A stretch of 64,000 nucleotides of DNA from Candidatus Methylacidiphilales bacterium (GCA_025056655.1 JANWVL010000045.1:48-64047); one strand, 5' to 3'; shown: positions 27,947 through 38,569, counted from the first letter of the stretch. The notes: generated by a model from the letters alone, not told the origin. Numbers and translations are program-made.

Positions 27947-29650
27947 TCAGATTCCTTCCTCTGAACGATCCGCTATAGTTACCCTTAGGACTTCTTCAAT
28001 GGTGGTTTCGCCTGCTATGACCTTGCGGAACCCATATTCGCGTAAGGTAATCATTCCTTCTTCTAGCGCAGCTGGACGTAGGAGGTTGGCGGGTTTGCGT
28101 TGGGTTATCATGTCTTGGAGCCGCTGCGTTAAAAGACAGACTTCGTAAATCGCCAGTCGCCCTTGATAACCCGTGTGGCGACACTCATCACATCCTACAG
28201 CACGATAAATCTTATCAGCATGTTCAAGAGGAAAACCTATAGATTCAAGATAGGGCTGGGAATAATAATCCCCAGCGGGAGTTTTACAATGCAGGCATAG
28301 CCTTCGCACAAGACGTTGGGCTATAAAAGCACGCACAGCTGAAGCCACTAAAAAAGGCTCGATCCCCATATCGATTAATCGCGTAATGCCTCCCACTGCA
28401 TCATTAGTATGTAGCGTCGAAAACACTAAGTGCCCCGTCAGAGCCGCTCGGATTGCTATTTCTGCCGTCTCTAAATCCCGCATTTCCCCGATCATTACCA
28501 CATTTGGATCGCCACGAAGAATGCTGCGCAAGCCTTTGGCAAATGTCAGGTCAATCTCCGGCTTGACAGCGATTTGCACGACTCCAGGCAACTTATGCTC
28601 TACCGGGTCTTCGATCGTTACGATCCGTCGTTCTGTTGTATTCAATGTTGTCAGGAAAGTATAAAGAGTCGTGGATTTACCGCTGCCAGTAGGACCTGTG
28701 ATTAGAATGATACCATTTGGCAATGCCAGTAAATCGCGGCACATTTTTTCAACCTGAGGCTCCATCTGCAGACGCAAGAAATCAAAACGCTCTTGTCCCA
28801 AAAGACGCAAACTGACGCTCTCCCCTACCACGCTTGGAATCGTCGCCACACGCACGTCGATCGGTTTACCATCCAACTCCAGATTGATCCGACCATCCTG
28901 CGGAAGTCGCCGCTCGGCGATATCTAAATGCGCCATAATTTTCAGGCGAGAAATAAGCGATGACTGCAGCCGCTTAATCTGCGGAGGCACTGGCACTTCA
29001 GTCAGCATGCCATCTACGCGATAACGGATTCGAAGATCGTTCTCAATCGGCTCAATGTGCACATCCGTTGCCCCCTGATGTAAGGCTTCCCGAAAAATCT
29101 GATTCACAAAGCGCACAACTGCAGCCTCGTCTGAATCATCTGCGTCCAAGACGTTCGTCTCTTGCTTCACCTCTAAAAATACGTCTTCATCACTGTTCTC
29201 AAGGATATCATCGAAATTTTCAGCACCGACCCCGTAGCCTTGCCGTAATCCGTTAAGGATATTTCGACGCGTGCTCATGAACCACACTACGGGAGTGTCT
29301 AGTAGTTGATTCACCTGCTGTCGCGCTATGTAATCAAACGGATCATACGTCAAAATTCCGATCTGCCCCTCCCCAATTTCAACCGGGCATAGATGATGCC
29401 GCAACACCACCCTTGCAGGAAACTTTTCTCGAAGCGGCGCGGCGACCGAATCGACGTTCTGCTCATACCAAGGAATCCCCGTCAGTGTGCTCAAGCCCGA
29501 CAAGAACTTCTTCTCATCGAGATTTTCAAGCTCCAACAATGCCCGAACAATAGACTGTTGCTGCTGAGCTGCGTCAAGCATTGTGTTGCGATTCTTCTCG
29601 GCGTCCGTCGCACCAGCTATCTCACACAGTTCGAGAATCTTATCGTGCAT
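27947..29650 (-). CDS. Type II secretion / type IV pilus assembly ATPase (GspE/PilB family)
   Basis: Walker A GPTGSGKSTT, IMIGEMRD (Asp/Walker B region) and a His box TGHLVFSTLHTND. The tetra-Cys motif is CLHCK...CDEC. Confidence 0.92.
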   Translation of the reverse strand: MHDKILELCEIAGATDAEKNRNTMLDAAQQQQSIVRALLELENLDEKKFLSGLSTLTGIPWYEQNVDSVAAPLREKFPARVVLRHHLCPVEIGEGQIGILTYDPFDYIARQQVNQLLDTPVVWFMSTRRNILNGLRQGYGVGAENFDDILENSDEDVFLEVKQETNVLDADDSDEAAVVRFVNQIFREALHQGATDVHIEPIENDLRIRYRVDGMLTEVPVPPQIKRLQSSLISRLKIMAHLDIAERRLPQDGRINLELDGKPIDVRVATIPSVVGESVSLRLLGQERFDFLRLQMEPQVEKMCRDLLALPNGIILITGPTGSGKSTTLYTFLTTLNTTERRIVTIEDPVEHKLPGVVQIAVKPEIDLTFAKGLRSILRGDPNVVMIGEMRDLETAEIAIRAALTGHLVFSTLHTNDAVGGITRLIDMGIEPFLVASAVRAFIAQRLVRRLCLHCKTPAGDYYSQPYLESIGFPLEHADKIYRAVGCDECRHTGYQGRLAIYEVCLLTQRLQDMITQRKPANLLRPAALEEGMITLREYGFRKVIAGETTIEEVLRVTIADRSEEGI

Positions 29651-29694
29651 GATGCTATTTTAACCGAAACCACAACTGAAACAAGAGCCGGCGC

Positions 29695-30477
29695 TCATTC
29701 GCCGTCTATCACCAAAGTGCCAACATTTTTACCCATTACCACATCACGCAGATTGCCTTTTTTGAAAACGTCAAAAACAATAATCGGCACCTTGTTATCC
29801 ATACAAAGCGAAAAGGCTGTAGAGTCCATAATCTTCAACCGCGCGCGCAAAGCCTCTTGAAATGTGATCCGCTCGTAGCGCTTCGCCTCCGGGTGCTTTT
29901 TGGGATCTGCGTTGTAAATACCGTCCACCTTCGTCGCTTTCAAAATTACCTCTGCTCCGATTTCACTCGCTCGCAGAGCGGCTGTAGTATCCGTAGAAAA
30001 ATAAGGATTACCTGTGCCTGCTACGAAAATCACCGCGCGCCCTTTTTCAAGATGACGTATCGCGCGCCGAAGAATAAACGGCTCAGCGACATTTTTCACC
30101 TCAATCGCCGTCTGCACACGGGTAACCACTCCGATGTGTTCAAGCGTCGCCTGTAAGGCCAAGCCATTTATAATTGTGGCCAACATACCCATGTAATCTG
30201 CCGTTGTGCGATCCATCCCTCGACTACTGGCTGTGAGGCCACGCCATATGTTGCCTCCACCGATTACAATTGCCACCTGCACCCCTAGCTCATGAATTTC
30301 GCGAATTTGTTCAGCGATATCGAGCGCGACTCTTTGATCGATTACGTCTTCTTTTCCGGCGAGAATTTCACCACTGAGTTTGAGAAGGATTCTCGAATAT
30401 TTCGCGGTTCGCGTTGTTTTCGCCGTCACACCTTCATCTTCAGAAAAAAACAGACTCAAATCAACGCGAAAAATCAT
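29695..30477 (-). CDS. pyrH: UMP kinase
   Basis: Contains [18 protein letters not shown] and TKVDGIY. The longest ORF (to 30540) would overlap the divergent argF start. I place the start at ATG 30477, but it remains uncertain. Confidence 0.88.
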   Translation of the reverse strand: MIFRVDLSLFFSEDEGVTAKTTRTAKYSRILLKLSGEILAGKEDVIDQRVALDIAEQIREIHELGVQVAIVIGGGNIWRGLTASSRGMDRTTADYMGMLATIINGLALQATLEHIGVVTRVQTAIEVKNVAEPFILRRAIRHLEKGRAVIFVAGTGNPYFSTDTTAALRASEIGAEVILKATKVDGIYNADPKKHPEAKRYERITFQEALRARLKIMDSTAFSLCMDNKVPIIVFDVFKKGNLRDVVMGKNVGTLVIDGE

Positions 30478-30531
30478 TCCACGCTGAAATTCCATTTCGT
30501 TTTCAAATAAATTGGCTACGCTTGTAGCCCC

Positions 30532-31422
30532 ATGCGTCATTTACTTTCCATACGCGATCTCAGGCGCGAAGACGTTCGTGAAATTTTCGCGTTTAGCCGG
30601 GAATTCAAAGCCGCCCGAGGCAGTGCCCACCTCCCGCATCCTCTATCTGGCGAAATTTGGGCGCTTGTTTTTTCTAAACCCTCTACGCGCACGCGCGTCT
30701 CCTTTGAGGTCGCCATCCGTGAGCTTGGCGGACAATCCTTATTCTTAAGCGCTCAGGAAATTCAACTCGGTCGTGGTGAGCCCATCGAAGACACCGCACG
30801 CGTGCTCGGACGCATGATTTTCGGCACAGTGATCCGCACTTACGATCATCGAGACGTCGAGATCTTTTCTAAATATAGCAACCGCCCTACCATCAACGCA
30901 CTCACTGATCAAGAGCATCCGTGTCAGATTCTAGCCGATATCTTCACATTCGAAGAGAAACGCGGATCTATCCAAGGCCGTCGTGTAGCCTTCATCGGTG
31001 ATGCCGCCTGCAATGTCGCAATCTCATGGGCACATGCAGCCGCACTGCTTGACTTTGAGCTCTGCTTCGCTGCCCCGCAAGGCTATGCTTGCCCGATTCA
31101 AAATCCCCACGTTCGCAATACAACTGACCCTTATGAAGCTGCCGCAGGAGCTGATCTGCTCTACACAGACGTCTGGGTCTCCATGGGCATGGAAGCCGAG
31201 ACCGAAAAACGCCTACGAGACTTTCAAGGTTATCAAATCAATCACGACCTCCTTCGAGTCGCCGCTCCACAGGCGCTTGTCCAACACTGCCTTCCGGCCT
31301 ACCGAGGCAAAGAGATCAGCGCAGAGCTCTTAGATGAAAAAGCCCTCGATATTTTTGATGAAGCCGAAAATCGCCTGCACGTTCAAAAAGGCATTTTAGC
31401 TTGGATCAAGCAATCGTGCTGA
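30532..31422 (+). CDS. argF: Ornithine carbamoyltransferase
   Basis: 296 aa with [21 protein letters not shown] and HCLPAYRG. Confidence 0.93.
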   Translation: MRHLLSIRDLRREDVREIFAFSREFKAARGSAHLPHPLSGEIWALVFSKPSTRTRVSFEVAIRELGGQSLFLSAQEIQLGRGEPIEDTARVLGRMIFGTVIRTYDHRDVEIFSKYSNRPTINALTDQEHPCQILADIFTFEEKRGSIQGRRVAFIGDAACNVAISWAHAAALLDFELCFAAPQGYACPIQNPHVRNTTDPYEAAAGADLLYTDVWVSMGMEAETEKRLRDFQGYQINHDLLRVAAPQALVQHCLPAYRGKEISAELLDEKALDIFDEAENRLHVQKGILAWIKQSC

Positions 31423-32267
31423 TGTCTTACCCTTCTACATTTTTCCTTAGGCTAATAAAGCTCCTCTACCCTCTGCTGGGCTTACTCCTGTGGTGCTTTG
31501 TGAAATCCTCATGCGAGACCTCTTTGCATCAGACTCAGCGCAACTCTTCGTTCACGCCAAATTTTTTCTCTCCATCTATGACGCGTTCACTTGGCCAAAC
31601 CTCCGCCTGGGCTATTTTGAGCGGGATGAAATCGCTTGTAGCCAATCTGACTTGGCTTGAAGTCACCTCCGCCTGGGAAAAACGCGATTGGTTTCTGCTG
31701 AAACAAAAAGTCTCTCTGGCTACTTTGCTCGATCCGCAGTTTGAAATGTTTTGGGAGATGGGTGCATGGCATCTCGCTTGGAATGCTGCTTATGATGCGG
31801 AACGACGGGCCAAAGAGCAAGCTAGCCCGCGTGCCGAGTCGCTGGCTCGTCACTGGATACGGGAAGGAGAGGCCCTTCTCCGCCAGGGGATAGCTGTGCT
31901 GCCTCAAAGTTACCGCCTGCATTACGCGCTAGCTTCTTTGTTGCACCATCGCCTTGAAGATTATGCAGGCGCTGCTGAGGCTTATCTTGCGGCTTCTCAA
32001 CAGCCTGGCGCCTTGCCGTTTCTGGAGCGTTTTGCGGGTTACATGATGGAAAAATCGGGGCAACTTACGCGCGCTTACGAGCATTATTGTGCCATCCGAC
32101 AGAAGGCTTTTCTTAAAAATGAGCCGCAGAGTCACTGGGAGAAAATTGATCAACGCATTGCGGCACTTGAGGCGCAATTAAATATTCCGACAGCCGCACG
32201 TTGCTCACAACGTTTCCAACCGCAAGTTAGCATTCCATCGCCTCATGGACAAAATACTCGTCATTAA
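31422..32267 (+). CDS. Hypothetical membrane-anchored helical-repeat (TPR-like) protein
   Basis: The track ORF starts at TTG 31401. ATG 31422 overlaps the argF stop as TGATG. There is an N-terminal TM followed by helical repeats rich in A/L/W/E. I recognise no family. Confidence 0.55.
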   Translation: MSYPSTFFLRLIKLLYPLLGLLLWCFVKSSCETSLHQTQRNSSFTPNFFSPSMTRSLGQTSAWAILSGMKSLVANLTWLEVTSAWEKRDWFLLKQKVSLATLLDPQFEMFWEMGAWHLAWNAAYDAERRAKEQASPRAESLARHWIREGEALLRQGIAVLPQSYRLHYALASLLHHRLEDYAGAAEAYLAASQQPGALPFLERFAGYMMEKSGQLTRAYEHYCAIRQKAFLKNEPQSHWEKIDQRIAALEAQLNIPTAARCSQRFQPQVSIPSPHGQNTRH

Positions 32268-33225
32268 GCCCAGCTCGCTCGGCGATATCGTGCAGGCGAT
32301 GCCCGTGGCTGCGGCCTTAAAAAAACAATATCCGCGATGTCGCATTGATTGGTTTGTGTTCCATCCCTACCGCGATCTTTTTCGTGAGCATCATTATGTG
32401 GATCGAGTTTGGTTTTCGCCTCCGCGAGGCTGGTGGTCACCTCTGCAGTGGGGTGATGCCATGAAGCTTTTTTCGCGCTGGAAAGCGGAGCGTTACGACT
32501 GCGCAGTGGATCTGCAGGGGCTATTTCGCAGCGGTGTGTTGACGGCTTTCTCGGGCGCTCGGCGACGTGTGGGGCTCAGTGGGAGTCGGGAGGGCGCGAG
32601 TTGGTTCTATGGCGAGATTCACACGACTCGAGCGATCCATGCGGCGAAGCGTTATCTCGAAGCTGCTTCCTATCTCGGAGTAAAAGATGCCGATCCCTTT
32701 GATTTTGGGTTGGCTGCGGCTCCACCGGTTGCGCAGTTGGCGAGCGAAAATAAGCCGTATGTCGTGATCCATCCTTTTGCACGCTGGGCGACGAAGTTGT
32801 GGCCGTGGGCTTACTATGAGCGAGTCATCCACAACTTTCCTGATGCGCGGTTTGTGGTTGTCGGTCGCGGGGATTTGGAGAAGCGACTGCCTCCGAATGC
32901 TGTGGATATGAGGAAGGAAAGCTCTTTGTGGTCGTTAATGTGCATTTTGAGAAATGCCGCTGCGGTGATCAGCTCGGATAGCGGGCCTGCCCATCTGGCA
33001 GCCGCTTATGGTGTGCCGACGCTGGTGTTATTTGGCCCGACGGATCCTTCGCGAACTGCTCCTGTGGGGCGAAAAGTGGAGTTGTTTAAAGCGGAGGGGG
33101 TGTCGTGTTCTCCTTGTCTGCGCCGCAAGTGTCGGAATGAAGAACCGCTTTTGTGCATGACGTCGATTACGCCTGATCGACTAATTGTGCGGCTGCGGGA
33201 GGTTATTCGATCTTGGGCTTATTGA
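32245..33225 (+). CDS. Glycosyltransferase family 9 (LPS heptosyltransferase-like)
   Basis: N-terminal ILVIKPSSLGDIVQAMPV, C-terminal SSDSGPAHLAAAYGVPTLVLFGPTDP. Confidence 0.85.
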   Translation: MDKILVIKPSSLGDIVQAMPVAAALKKQYPRCRIDWFVFHPYRDLFREHHYVDRVWFSPPRGWWSPLQWGDAMKLFSRWKAERYDCAVDLQGLFRSGVLTAFSGARRRVGLSGSREGASWFYGEIHTTRAIHAAKRYLEAASYLGVKDADPFDFGLAAAPPVAQLASENKPYVVIHPFARWATKLWPWAYYERVIHNFPDARFVVVGRGDLEKRLPPNAVDMRKESSLWSLMCILRNAAAVISSDSGPAHLAAAYGVPTLVLFGPTDPSRTAPVGRKVELFKAEGVSCSPCLRRKCRNEEPLLCMTSITPDRLIVRLREVIRSWAY

Positions 33226-34961
33226 GAGCTTGGCCAGTCTTTTACGCGGATGCGATAGAATCCGCGCGGTCCGCTGGGTGGAGCAGGATCTGTGAGCGTG
33301 GAGCTTGACCACGGCAGTGGCTCGGCTTGAGGGGTCTCAGCAATAGTCGTCCAGGAGCCTGGGGTGAGATCAAGCGAGCGCTGTAGTTCATAGACAAATC
33401 CAGCTAAAGTCGGAAAGGTAAGACTGGCTGTGGATCCGAGTTGGAATTGGCTTACAGCAAAGGGATGATGTTTTTGTGCTAGGTAGTTTGGCTCATCCCA
33501 CAGGTTGAAGAGGTAGGGAAGCGCAGCGGGCATTTGGGCTGCCCAAGTGGCTTCGTTGTGGCCAGCCCCGCAGCCGATCGCCATTTTGAGGTCTTCGTTT
33601 ACGACGAACCCCTTTGCGAGGAAGCGTGCGTGCATGGCCCAGGCGGGATTCCACATGCTGGAGTCGCTTTCATTGGTGCCCCATGCGGTGTAAATTCTGC
33701 GAATGCCGGCGGGTCGCGGATTGTTATTGACGTAATTTACAAAGTTTGGGGCAGCCCAGTAGGATGGCGATAGAGGGCCGAGGAGGGAGAAGGTGGCGGA
33801 GTGGTGCCATCCGATGTAGGTGGTGATGAGGCCACCGAGCGATGAACCCATGAGCCCGGTGTGGCGGTTGTCGGGGAGTGTGCGGTAGGTGGCGTCGATG
33901 TAGGGTTTGACGTTTTGGATGAGGTATTGGGCGTAGGCGGCTCCTTTGCCTGCGGGGTTGCCGCTTATGGTGTCGCCCGTGGGGACGTATTCGGACATGC
34001 GATCGGATGTGTTGTTGATTGCGACGATGATGGTCTCGCGCATGCGGCCTTGCCGCATTAGGCGGCCGGCTGTTATGTCTACGTCCCAAGAGCCGAAAAC
34101 GCCGCCTGGGTGAAAGACGTTTTGTCCGTCGTGTAAATAGAGGACGGGGTAGCGACGCCAGGTGTTTTCATTGTAGCCGCGAGGAAGGAGGACACGGATT
34201 GCGCGACTGAGGATGTTGGGGATCGTGGAGGTGATGGTGATTGTGCCGCTGATGCTTTGCGGGGAGACGGAGGGTGGGGGGAAATAGTTAAAGACTTGAC
34301 CGTCTTGAACGAAGAAAGCGTCGAGCTCGGTGTAGTAGTCGCCGCCAGCTCCTACGCCTTCACCGGTAGGAGGTTTATCGAAAACGCCTTGGCCGTTGTG
34401 GAAGACGAATTGAATGGGAGCTCCTTCTTCACCGATGCCATCGATGCGGTGGAGGAATTCTCCGGGGGAACGGCCGGGGCCGATTTTTTGGAGCTGGGCG
34501 TTTTGCCATGGGCCGCCGTTTGAGGAGTAGAGGATGTAGGCTGGATCAAAGCCGCTGTGGTAGAAAATAATTTTGCCTTTGTAGTGCGGTGGAGGGATGG
34601 AGGGGACGTTTAGGGTCTGGAGCGGGGTGATGTCGCTGGCGTTGGAGTTTTGGCAGTGGGTGGAGGATGAGCCGCTGCGGGAGATGAATTTGTATTGTAT
34701 GTTGGCGCCAGCTTCGACGGCGATCTGGCCTGTCCAGATGTTTCCGGGAGTCCAGCGCAGACGGATGGCACGGACGGGGTCGTTGGCGCCGAGGTCGGGG
34801 TGATTTCCGAGGACGTAAAGAAAGTTGCCCAGGCCGACATCGACGGTGTGTGAGAAAGTCAGGGTTTGTTTTTGAACCGACTTCGGAAAGGCCGTAAATG
34901 GTAGATTCGCGAGGTGAAGAATGACTAAGATAGCCGCCAACTTGGGATAGAGCGAGGACAT
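33219..34961 (-). CDS. Secreted esterase (esterase D/enterochelin-esterase-like alpha/beta hydrolase) with N-terminal starch-binding-like beta-sandwich domains
   Basis: The signal peptide starts at MSSLYPKLAAILVIL (ATG 34961). The N-terminal segment LYVLGNHPDLG...W.G.I....G..IQYKFISR resembles CBM20. The hydrolase core has YPVLYLHDGQNVF and the nucleophile elbow GSSLGG. Confidence 0.7.
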   Translation of the reverse strand: MSSLYPKLAAILVILHLANLPFTAFPKSVQKQTLTFSHTVDVGLGNFLYVLGNHPDLGANDPVRAIRLRWTPGNIWTGQIAVEAGANIQYKFISRSGSSSTHCQNSNASDITPLQTLNVPSIPPPHYKGKIIFYHSGFDPAYILYSSNGGPWQNAQLQKIGPGRSPGEFLHRIDGIGEEGAPIQFVFHNGQGVFDKPPTGEGVGAGGDYYTELDAFFVQDGQVFNYFPPPSVSPQSISGTITITSTIPNILSRAIRVLLPRGYNENTWRRYPVLYLHDGQNVFHPGGVFGSWDVDITAGRLMRQGRMRETIIVAINNTSDRMSEYVPTGDTISGNPAGKGAAYAQYLIQNVKPYIDATYRTLPDNRHTGLMGSSLGGLITTYIGWHHSATFSLLGPLSPSYWAAPNFVNYVNNNPRPAGIRRIYTAWGTNESDSSMWNPAWAMHARFLAKGFVVNEDLKMAIGCGAGHNEATWAAQMPAALPYLFNLWDEPNYLAQKHHPFAVSQFQLGSTASLTFPTLAGFVYELQRSLDLTPGSWTTIAETPQAEPLPWSSSTLTDPAPPSGPRGFYRIRVKDWPSSQ

Positions 34962-35048
34962 GCGAGTTTTTGTTGTATTTACAACTAATAGTGGCGGAGG
35001 AAAAAGGGTTGTCAATTCTCGCTGCTCTCTGGGACGTGCGGGGCGAGC

Positions 35049-35816
35049 CTATTGAAACCAGGTGGGGTGGAGAGCTTGAGAGATCTGGGCAAGAAGATGA
35101 TCGCGATTGAAGCGGGAGATGTATTCGGTGGAGATGCCTTTTGGGCAGACGGCTTCGCAGGCGGTGGTGTTGGAGCATGCGCCGAAGCCTGCAGCGTCGT
35201 GAGCTTGGAGCATAGCGAGGACGCGGCGGTGTTTCTCGGGTTTGCCTTGGGGAAGGATATTGAGATGAGTTGCCTTGGCGGCGAGGAAGAGCATGGCGGA
35301 GCCGTTTTTGCAAGCGGCGACACAGGCGCCACAGCCGATGCAGGCTGCGGCGTCGAAGGCGAGGTCGGCGACGGGTTTGGGGATTGGAATGGCGTTGGCA
35401 TCAGGGGCTGCGCCGACGTTGGCGCTGATGTATCCTCCTGCGGCGATGATGCGGTCGAGTCCGGATCGATCGGTGATGAGGTCTCTTATAACTGGGAAGG
35501 CGCGGGCGCGGTAAGGCTCAATGGTGATTGTGTCGCCATCGCGGAATGATCGCATGTAGGTTTGGCAAGTTGTGACGCGATCTTCTGGGCCGTGCGGTTC
35601 GCCGTTGATGACGAGGGAACACATGCCGCAGATGCCTTCGCGGCAGTCGTGATCGAAGGCGATAGGTTCTTCGCCTTTTAGAACGAGCTCGTTGTTGACG
35701 ACATCGAGCATTTCGAGGAAGGACATGTTGGGGTTGACGTTGCGGGCCTGGTAAGTAACGAATCGGCCTTGGGAGTGTCGGTCTTTTTGTCGCCAGACTT
35801 TGAGGGTGAAATTCAT
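35049..35816 (-). CDS. sdhB: Succinate dehydrogenase/fumarate reductase iron-sulfur subunit
   Basis: Three Cys clusters: [20 protein letters not shown] and [12 protein letters not shown]. Confidence 0.93.
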   Translation of the reverse strand: MNFTLKVWRQKDRHSQGRFVTYQARNVNPNMSFLEMLDVVNNELVLKGEEPIAFDHDCREGICGMCSLVINGEPHGPEDRVTTCQTYMRSFRDGDTITIEPYRARAFPVIRDLITDRSGLDRIIAAGGYISANVGAAPDANAIPIPKPVADLAFDAAACIGCGACVAACKNGSAMLFLAAKATHLNILPQGKPEKHRRVLAMLQAHDAAGFGACSNTTACEAVCPKGISTEYISRFNRDHLLAQISQALHPTWFQ

Positions 35817-35835
35817 ACGATGATCTCCTTCGGGA

Positions 35836-37758
35836 CTACTTATAGCTTCGGGTGGTCATTTTGACTTCTTCGTAGCGGAGTGGCTCGGTGTGGCGGAGAG
35901 GAGGTTTGTCTGGGCCTTGATATTCCCAGACTGCGACGTGTGCGAAGTCTTGGTCGTTGCGGGCGCATTCACCATCGGGCGTCTGATATTCTTCTCTGAA
36001 ATGGCAACCACAGGATTCTTCGCGGGTGAGAGCGTCGAGGCAGAGGAGCTCACCAAGCTCGAGGAAATCAGCGACGCGGCCTGCTTTTTCGAGGGCTTGG
36101 TTGAGGGAGTCGGCGGAGCCGGGGACGTTGACGTTTTGCCAGAATTCTTCACGGATAGCGGGGATTTCGGTGAGGGCTTGGCGGAGGCCAGTGGCGTTTC
36201 GTGACATGCCGCAGTAGTTCCACAGGATTTTGCCGAGTGTGCGATGGAAGTCGTCCACCGTGCGGCGTCCTTTGATGTTGAGTAAGCGGCGGATTATTGA
36301 GCGAACGTTTTCCTCGGCCTCTTGGAATTCGGGGCGTTCGACGAAAGCTTTCGGAGAGATTGGTTTTTGAGTCGCAAGGAAATTCGAGAGGGTGTAGGGG
36401 ATGATGAAATAGCCATCAGCGAGGCCTTGCATGAGGGCGGAAGCGCCGAGGCGGTTGGCACCGTGATCGGAGAAGTTGGCTTCGCCGAGGACGAAGAGGC
36501 CAGGGATGTTGGACATGAGTTGATAATCAACCCAGAGGCCTCCCATGGTGTAGTGGATGGCGGGGTAGATACGCATGGGGACTTTGTAGGCATCTTCGCC
36601 CGTGATTTCGCGATACATGTCGAAGAGATTGCCGTAACGTTGGCGGATAACGTTTTCTCCAAGCCGACGGATGGCGTCGGAGAAGTCGAGGTAGACTCCG
36701 AGTCCGCCCGGGCCTACGCCGCGGCCTTCATCGCAGACGCGCTTAGCGGCGCGGGAGGCGATGTCGCGTGGGGCGAGGTTGCCATAGGACGGATAGAGGC
36801 GCTCGAGGTAGTAGTCGCGGCGCTCTTCGGGAATCTCGAGGGGATTTTTGCCGCAATCTTCTTTGTAGAGGGGGACCCAGCATCGGCCGTCGTTGCGAAG
36901 CGACTCCGACATGAGCGTGAGCTTGGATTGATAGTCGCCCGAGACGGGGATGCAGGTGGGATGGATCTGTGTGAAACAGGGGTTGGCGAAGACTGCGCCG
37001 CGCTTATAAGCGCGCCAGATGGCTGTGGCGTTCGAGCCGCGAGCATAGGTGGAGAGGTTGAATACGTTACCGTAGCCGCCTGTGGCGAGGAGGACAGCGT
37101 CGGCGGCGTGGCGGGTGATTTGTCCCGTAACGAGATCGCGAGTAATGATGCCTTTTGCATAACCATCGACGACGACAAGATCGAGCATCTCAGTGCGCGG
37201 GAAAAGACGCGCTTGACCGCTAGCGACTTGGCGCATGAGGGCTTGGTAGGCGCCAAGGAGGAGCTGCTGGCCAGTCTGGCCGCGTGCGTAGAAGGTGCGG
37301 GAGACTTGCGCGCCGCCGAAGGAGCGGTTGTCGAGGAGACCGGAATACTCTCGGGCAAAAGGCACCCCTTGCGCGACACATTGGTCGATGATGTTGACGG
37401 AGACTTCGGCTAAGCGATAGACGTTGGCTTCGCGTGCGCGAAAGTCGCCGCCTTTGATTGTGTCGTAGAAAAGGCGATAGACGGAGTCGCCATCGTTGCG
37501 GTAGTTTTTAGCAGCATTTATTCCACCCTGAGCAGCTATGGAATGAGCCCGGCGTGGGCTGTCTTGGAAACAAAATACCGTGACGTTATATCCGAGCTCG
37601 CCGAGGGAAGCTGCTGCGGAAGCACCCGCCAAGCCTGTGCCGACGATGATCACGTGATATTTACGCTTATTGGTTGGATTGACGAGGCGGGCATCTCGCT
37701 TAAAACGAGACCACTTCTCGGAAAGTGGACCGCTGGGGATGGAAGCCTCGAGTTTCAT
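35836..37758 (-). CDS. sdhA: Succinate dehydrogenase/fumarate reductase flavoprotein subunit
   Basis: 640 aa with [11 protein letters not shown]. The covalent-FAD His region is [22 protein letters not shown] is also present. Confidence 0.95.
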   Translation of the reverse strand: MKLEASIPSGPLSEKWSRFKRDARLVNPTNKRKYHVIIVGTGLAGASAAASLGELGYNVTVFCFQDSPRRAHSIAAQGGINAAKNYRNDGDSVYRLFYDTIKGGDFRAREANVYRLAEVSVNIIDQCVAQGVPFAREYSGLLDNRSFGGAQVSRTFYARGQTGQQLLLGAYQALMRQVASGQARLFPRTEMLDLVVVDGYAKGIITRDLVTGQITRHAADAVLLATGGYGNVFNLSTYARGSNATAIWRAYKRGAVFANPCFTQIHPTCIPVSGDYQSKLTLMSESLRNDGRCWVPLYKEDCGKNPLEIPEERRDYYLERLYPSYGNLAPRDIASRAAKRVCDEGRGVGPGGLGVYLDFSDAIRRLGENVIRQRYGNLFDMYREITGEDAYKVPMRIYPAIHYTMGGLWVDYQLMSNIPGLFVLGEANFSDHGANRLGASALMQGLADGYFIIPYTLSNFLATQKPISPKAFVERPEFQEAEENVRSIIRRLLNIKGRRTVDDFHRTLGKILWNYCGMSRNATGLRQALTEIPAIREEFWQNVNVPGSADSLNQALEKAGRVADFLELGELLCLDALTREESCGCHFREEYQTPDGECARNDQDFAHVAVWEYQGPDKPPLRHTEPLRYEEVKMTTRSYK

Positions 37759-37794
37759 ATGGAGACGGAGTTAGAGATGGCGTTTATCATAAAA

Positions 37795-38505
37795 TCATTT
37801 TACCCAACCTATCCACACGCTGACCGGCACCGACACGAATCCCAGAAACAGGACGGCTGCGACCATGTAACCAATAGCCGAGCCGATGATGAAAATGCGT
37901 TTTGAAGCAAATCCCACTGTGCGAAAGATGCTCCCTATCCCGTGCGAGAGATGCAATGCTAAAAGCGCCATTGATAAAATATAAAAACTCGCAATTAAAG
38001 GCTGACTAAATCCCGCAACCATCATTCCGTAAACATCGTGCCGGCCTTGACTATCCAGCGCATGATATTCCGGATGAAAAGCCATCACCGTAAAATGCAA
38101 AATGTGATAAACGATAAATGCCAAAAGAACGATCCCCGATAAGGCCATCGTGCGAGAGGCTATTGAGGCCGAAAGAGGGTCTCTTACTGAATACCGAGAA
38201 CCTGCGGCAGCACGGTTGATGCGGATCAGGGCAATGGCAGCACTGACGTGCAATACAGCAGCCGCTAGTAAAGCCAGCCTAAAGCCCCACAGCAGGGCTG
38301 CGTTCGACTTTAGAAGCCGCGCGTATTCATTAATCGCATCACGGCCTAGGAAAATCTGCAAATTCCCCAACATATGGGCGATGACAAAGCCCACGAGAAA
38401 GAGGCCAGATAATGCCATGATCCATTTTAAGGTGACGGTGTTGAGCCAGCGGTTGAACGGCATAGGCGACGTTAAAAACTTATAGTTTGCCCATCGAGGT
38501 TGCAA
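37795..38505 (-). CDS. sdhC: Succinate dehydrogenase cytochrome b subunit (b558-type, five TM)
   Basis: It has five hydrophobic helices with conserved His residues and lies directly upstream of sdhA. The start is uncertain (TTG 38505 or ATG 38463). Confidence 0.8.
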   Translation of the reverse strand: MQPRWANYKFLTSPMPFNRWLNTVTLKWIMALSGLFLVGFVIAHMLGNLQIFLGRDAINEYARLLKSNAALLWGFRLALLAAAVLHVSAAIALIRINRAAAGSRYSVRDPLSASIASRTMALSGIVLLAFIVYHILHFTVMAFHPEYHALDSQGRHDVYGMMVAGFSQPLIASFYILSMALLALHLSHGIGSIFRTVGFASKRIFIIGSAIGYMVAAVLFLGFVSVPVSVWIGWVK

Positions 38506-38550
38506 AGCCTGCTGAGGAAGTTGCGGTGGATATTAAACCAGTAAATCAGG

Positions 38551-38569
38551 CTATAAGCTCGGCTTATAG
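38551..38569. promoter_or_regulatory. Perfect palindrome CTATAAGC-N3-GCTTATAG upstream of sdhC; candidate operator or 5' hairpin
   Basis: 8-bp inverted repeat with a 3-nt spacer, read directly from the sequence. It sits 46 bp upstream of the TTG start and 88 bp upstream of the ATG alternative of sdhC. Confidence 0.3.

Noticed and set aside
34546-35549. 255-aa, 129-aa and 165-aa ORFs overlapping the esterase 5' end and sdhB
   Set aside because: Pro/Arg/Ser- or Gly/Ala-rich. They overlap the Fe-S subunit frame, which has intact cysteine clusters, and bridge two real genes in wrong frames.
36322-37413. 363-aa plus-strand ORF antisense to sdhA, plus the 221-aa and 122-aa minus alternative frames
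   Set aside because: Gly/Val/Glu/Ala-rich or Ser/Pro/Ala-rich composition with no motifs. They lie entirely inside the highly conserved sdhA frame. Shadow ORFs are the expected by-product of strong skew.
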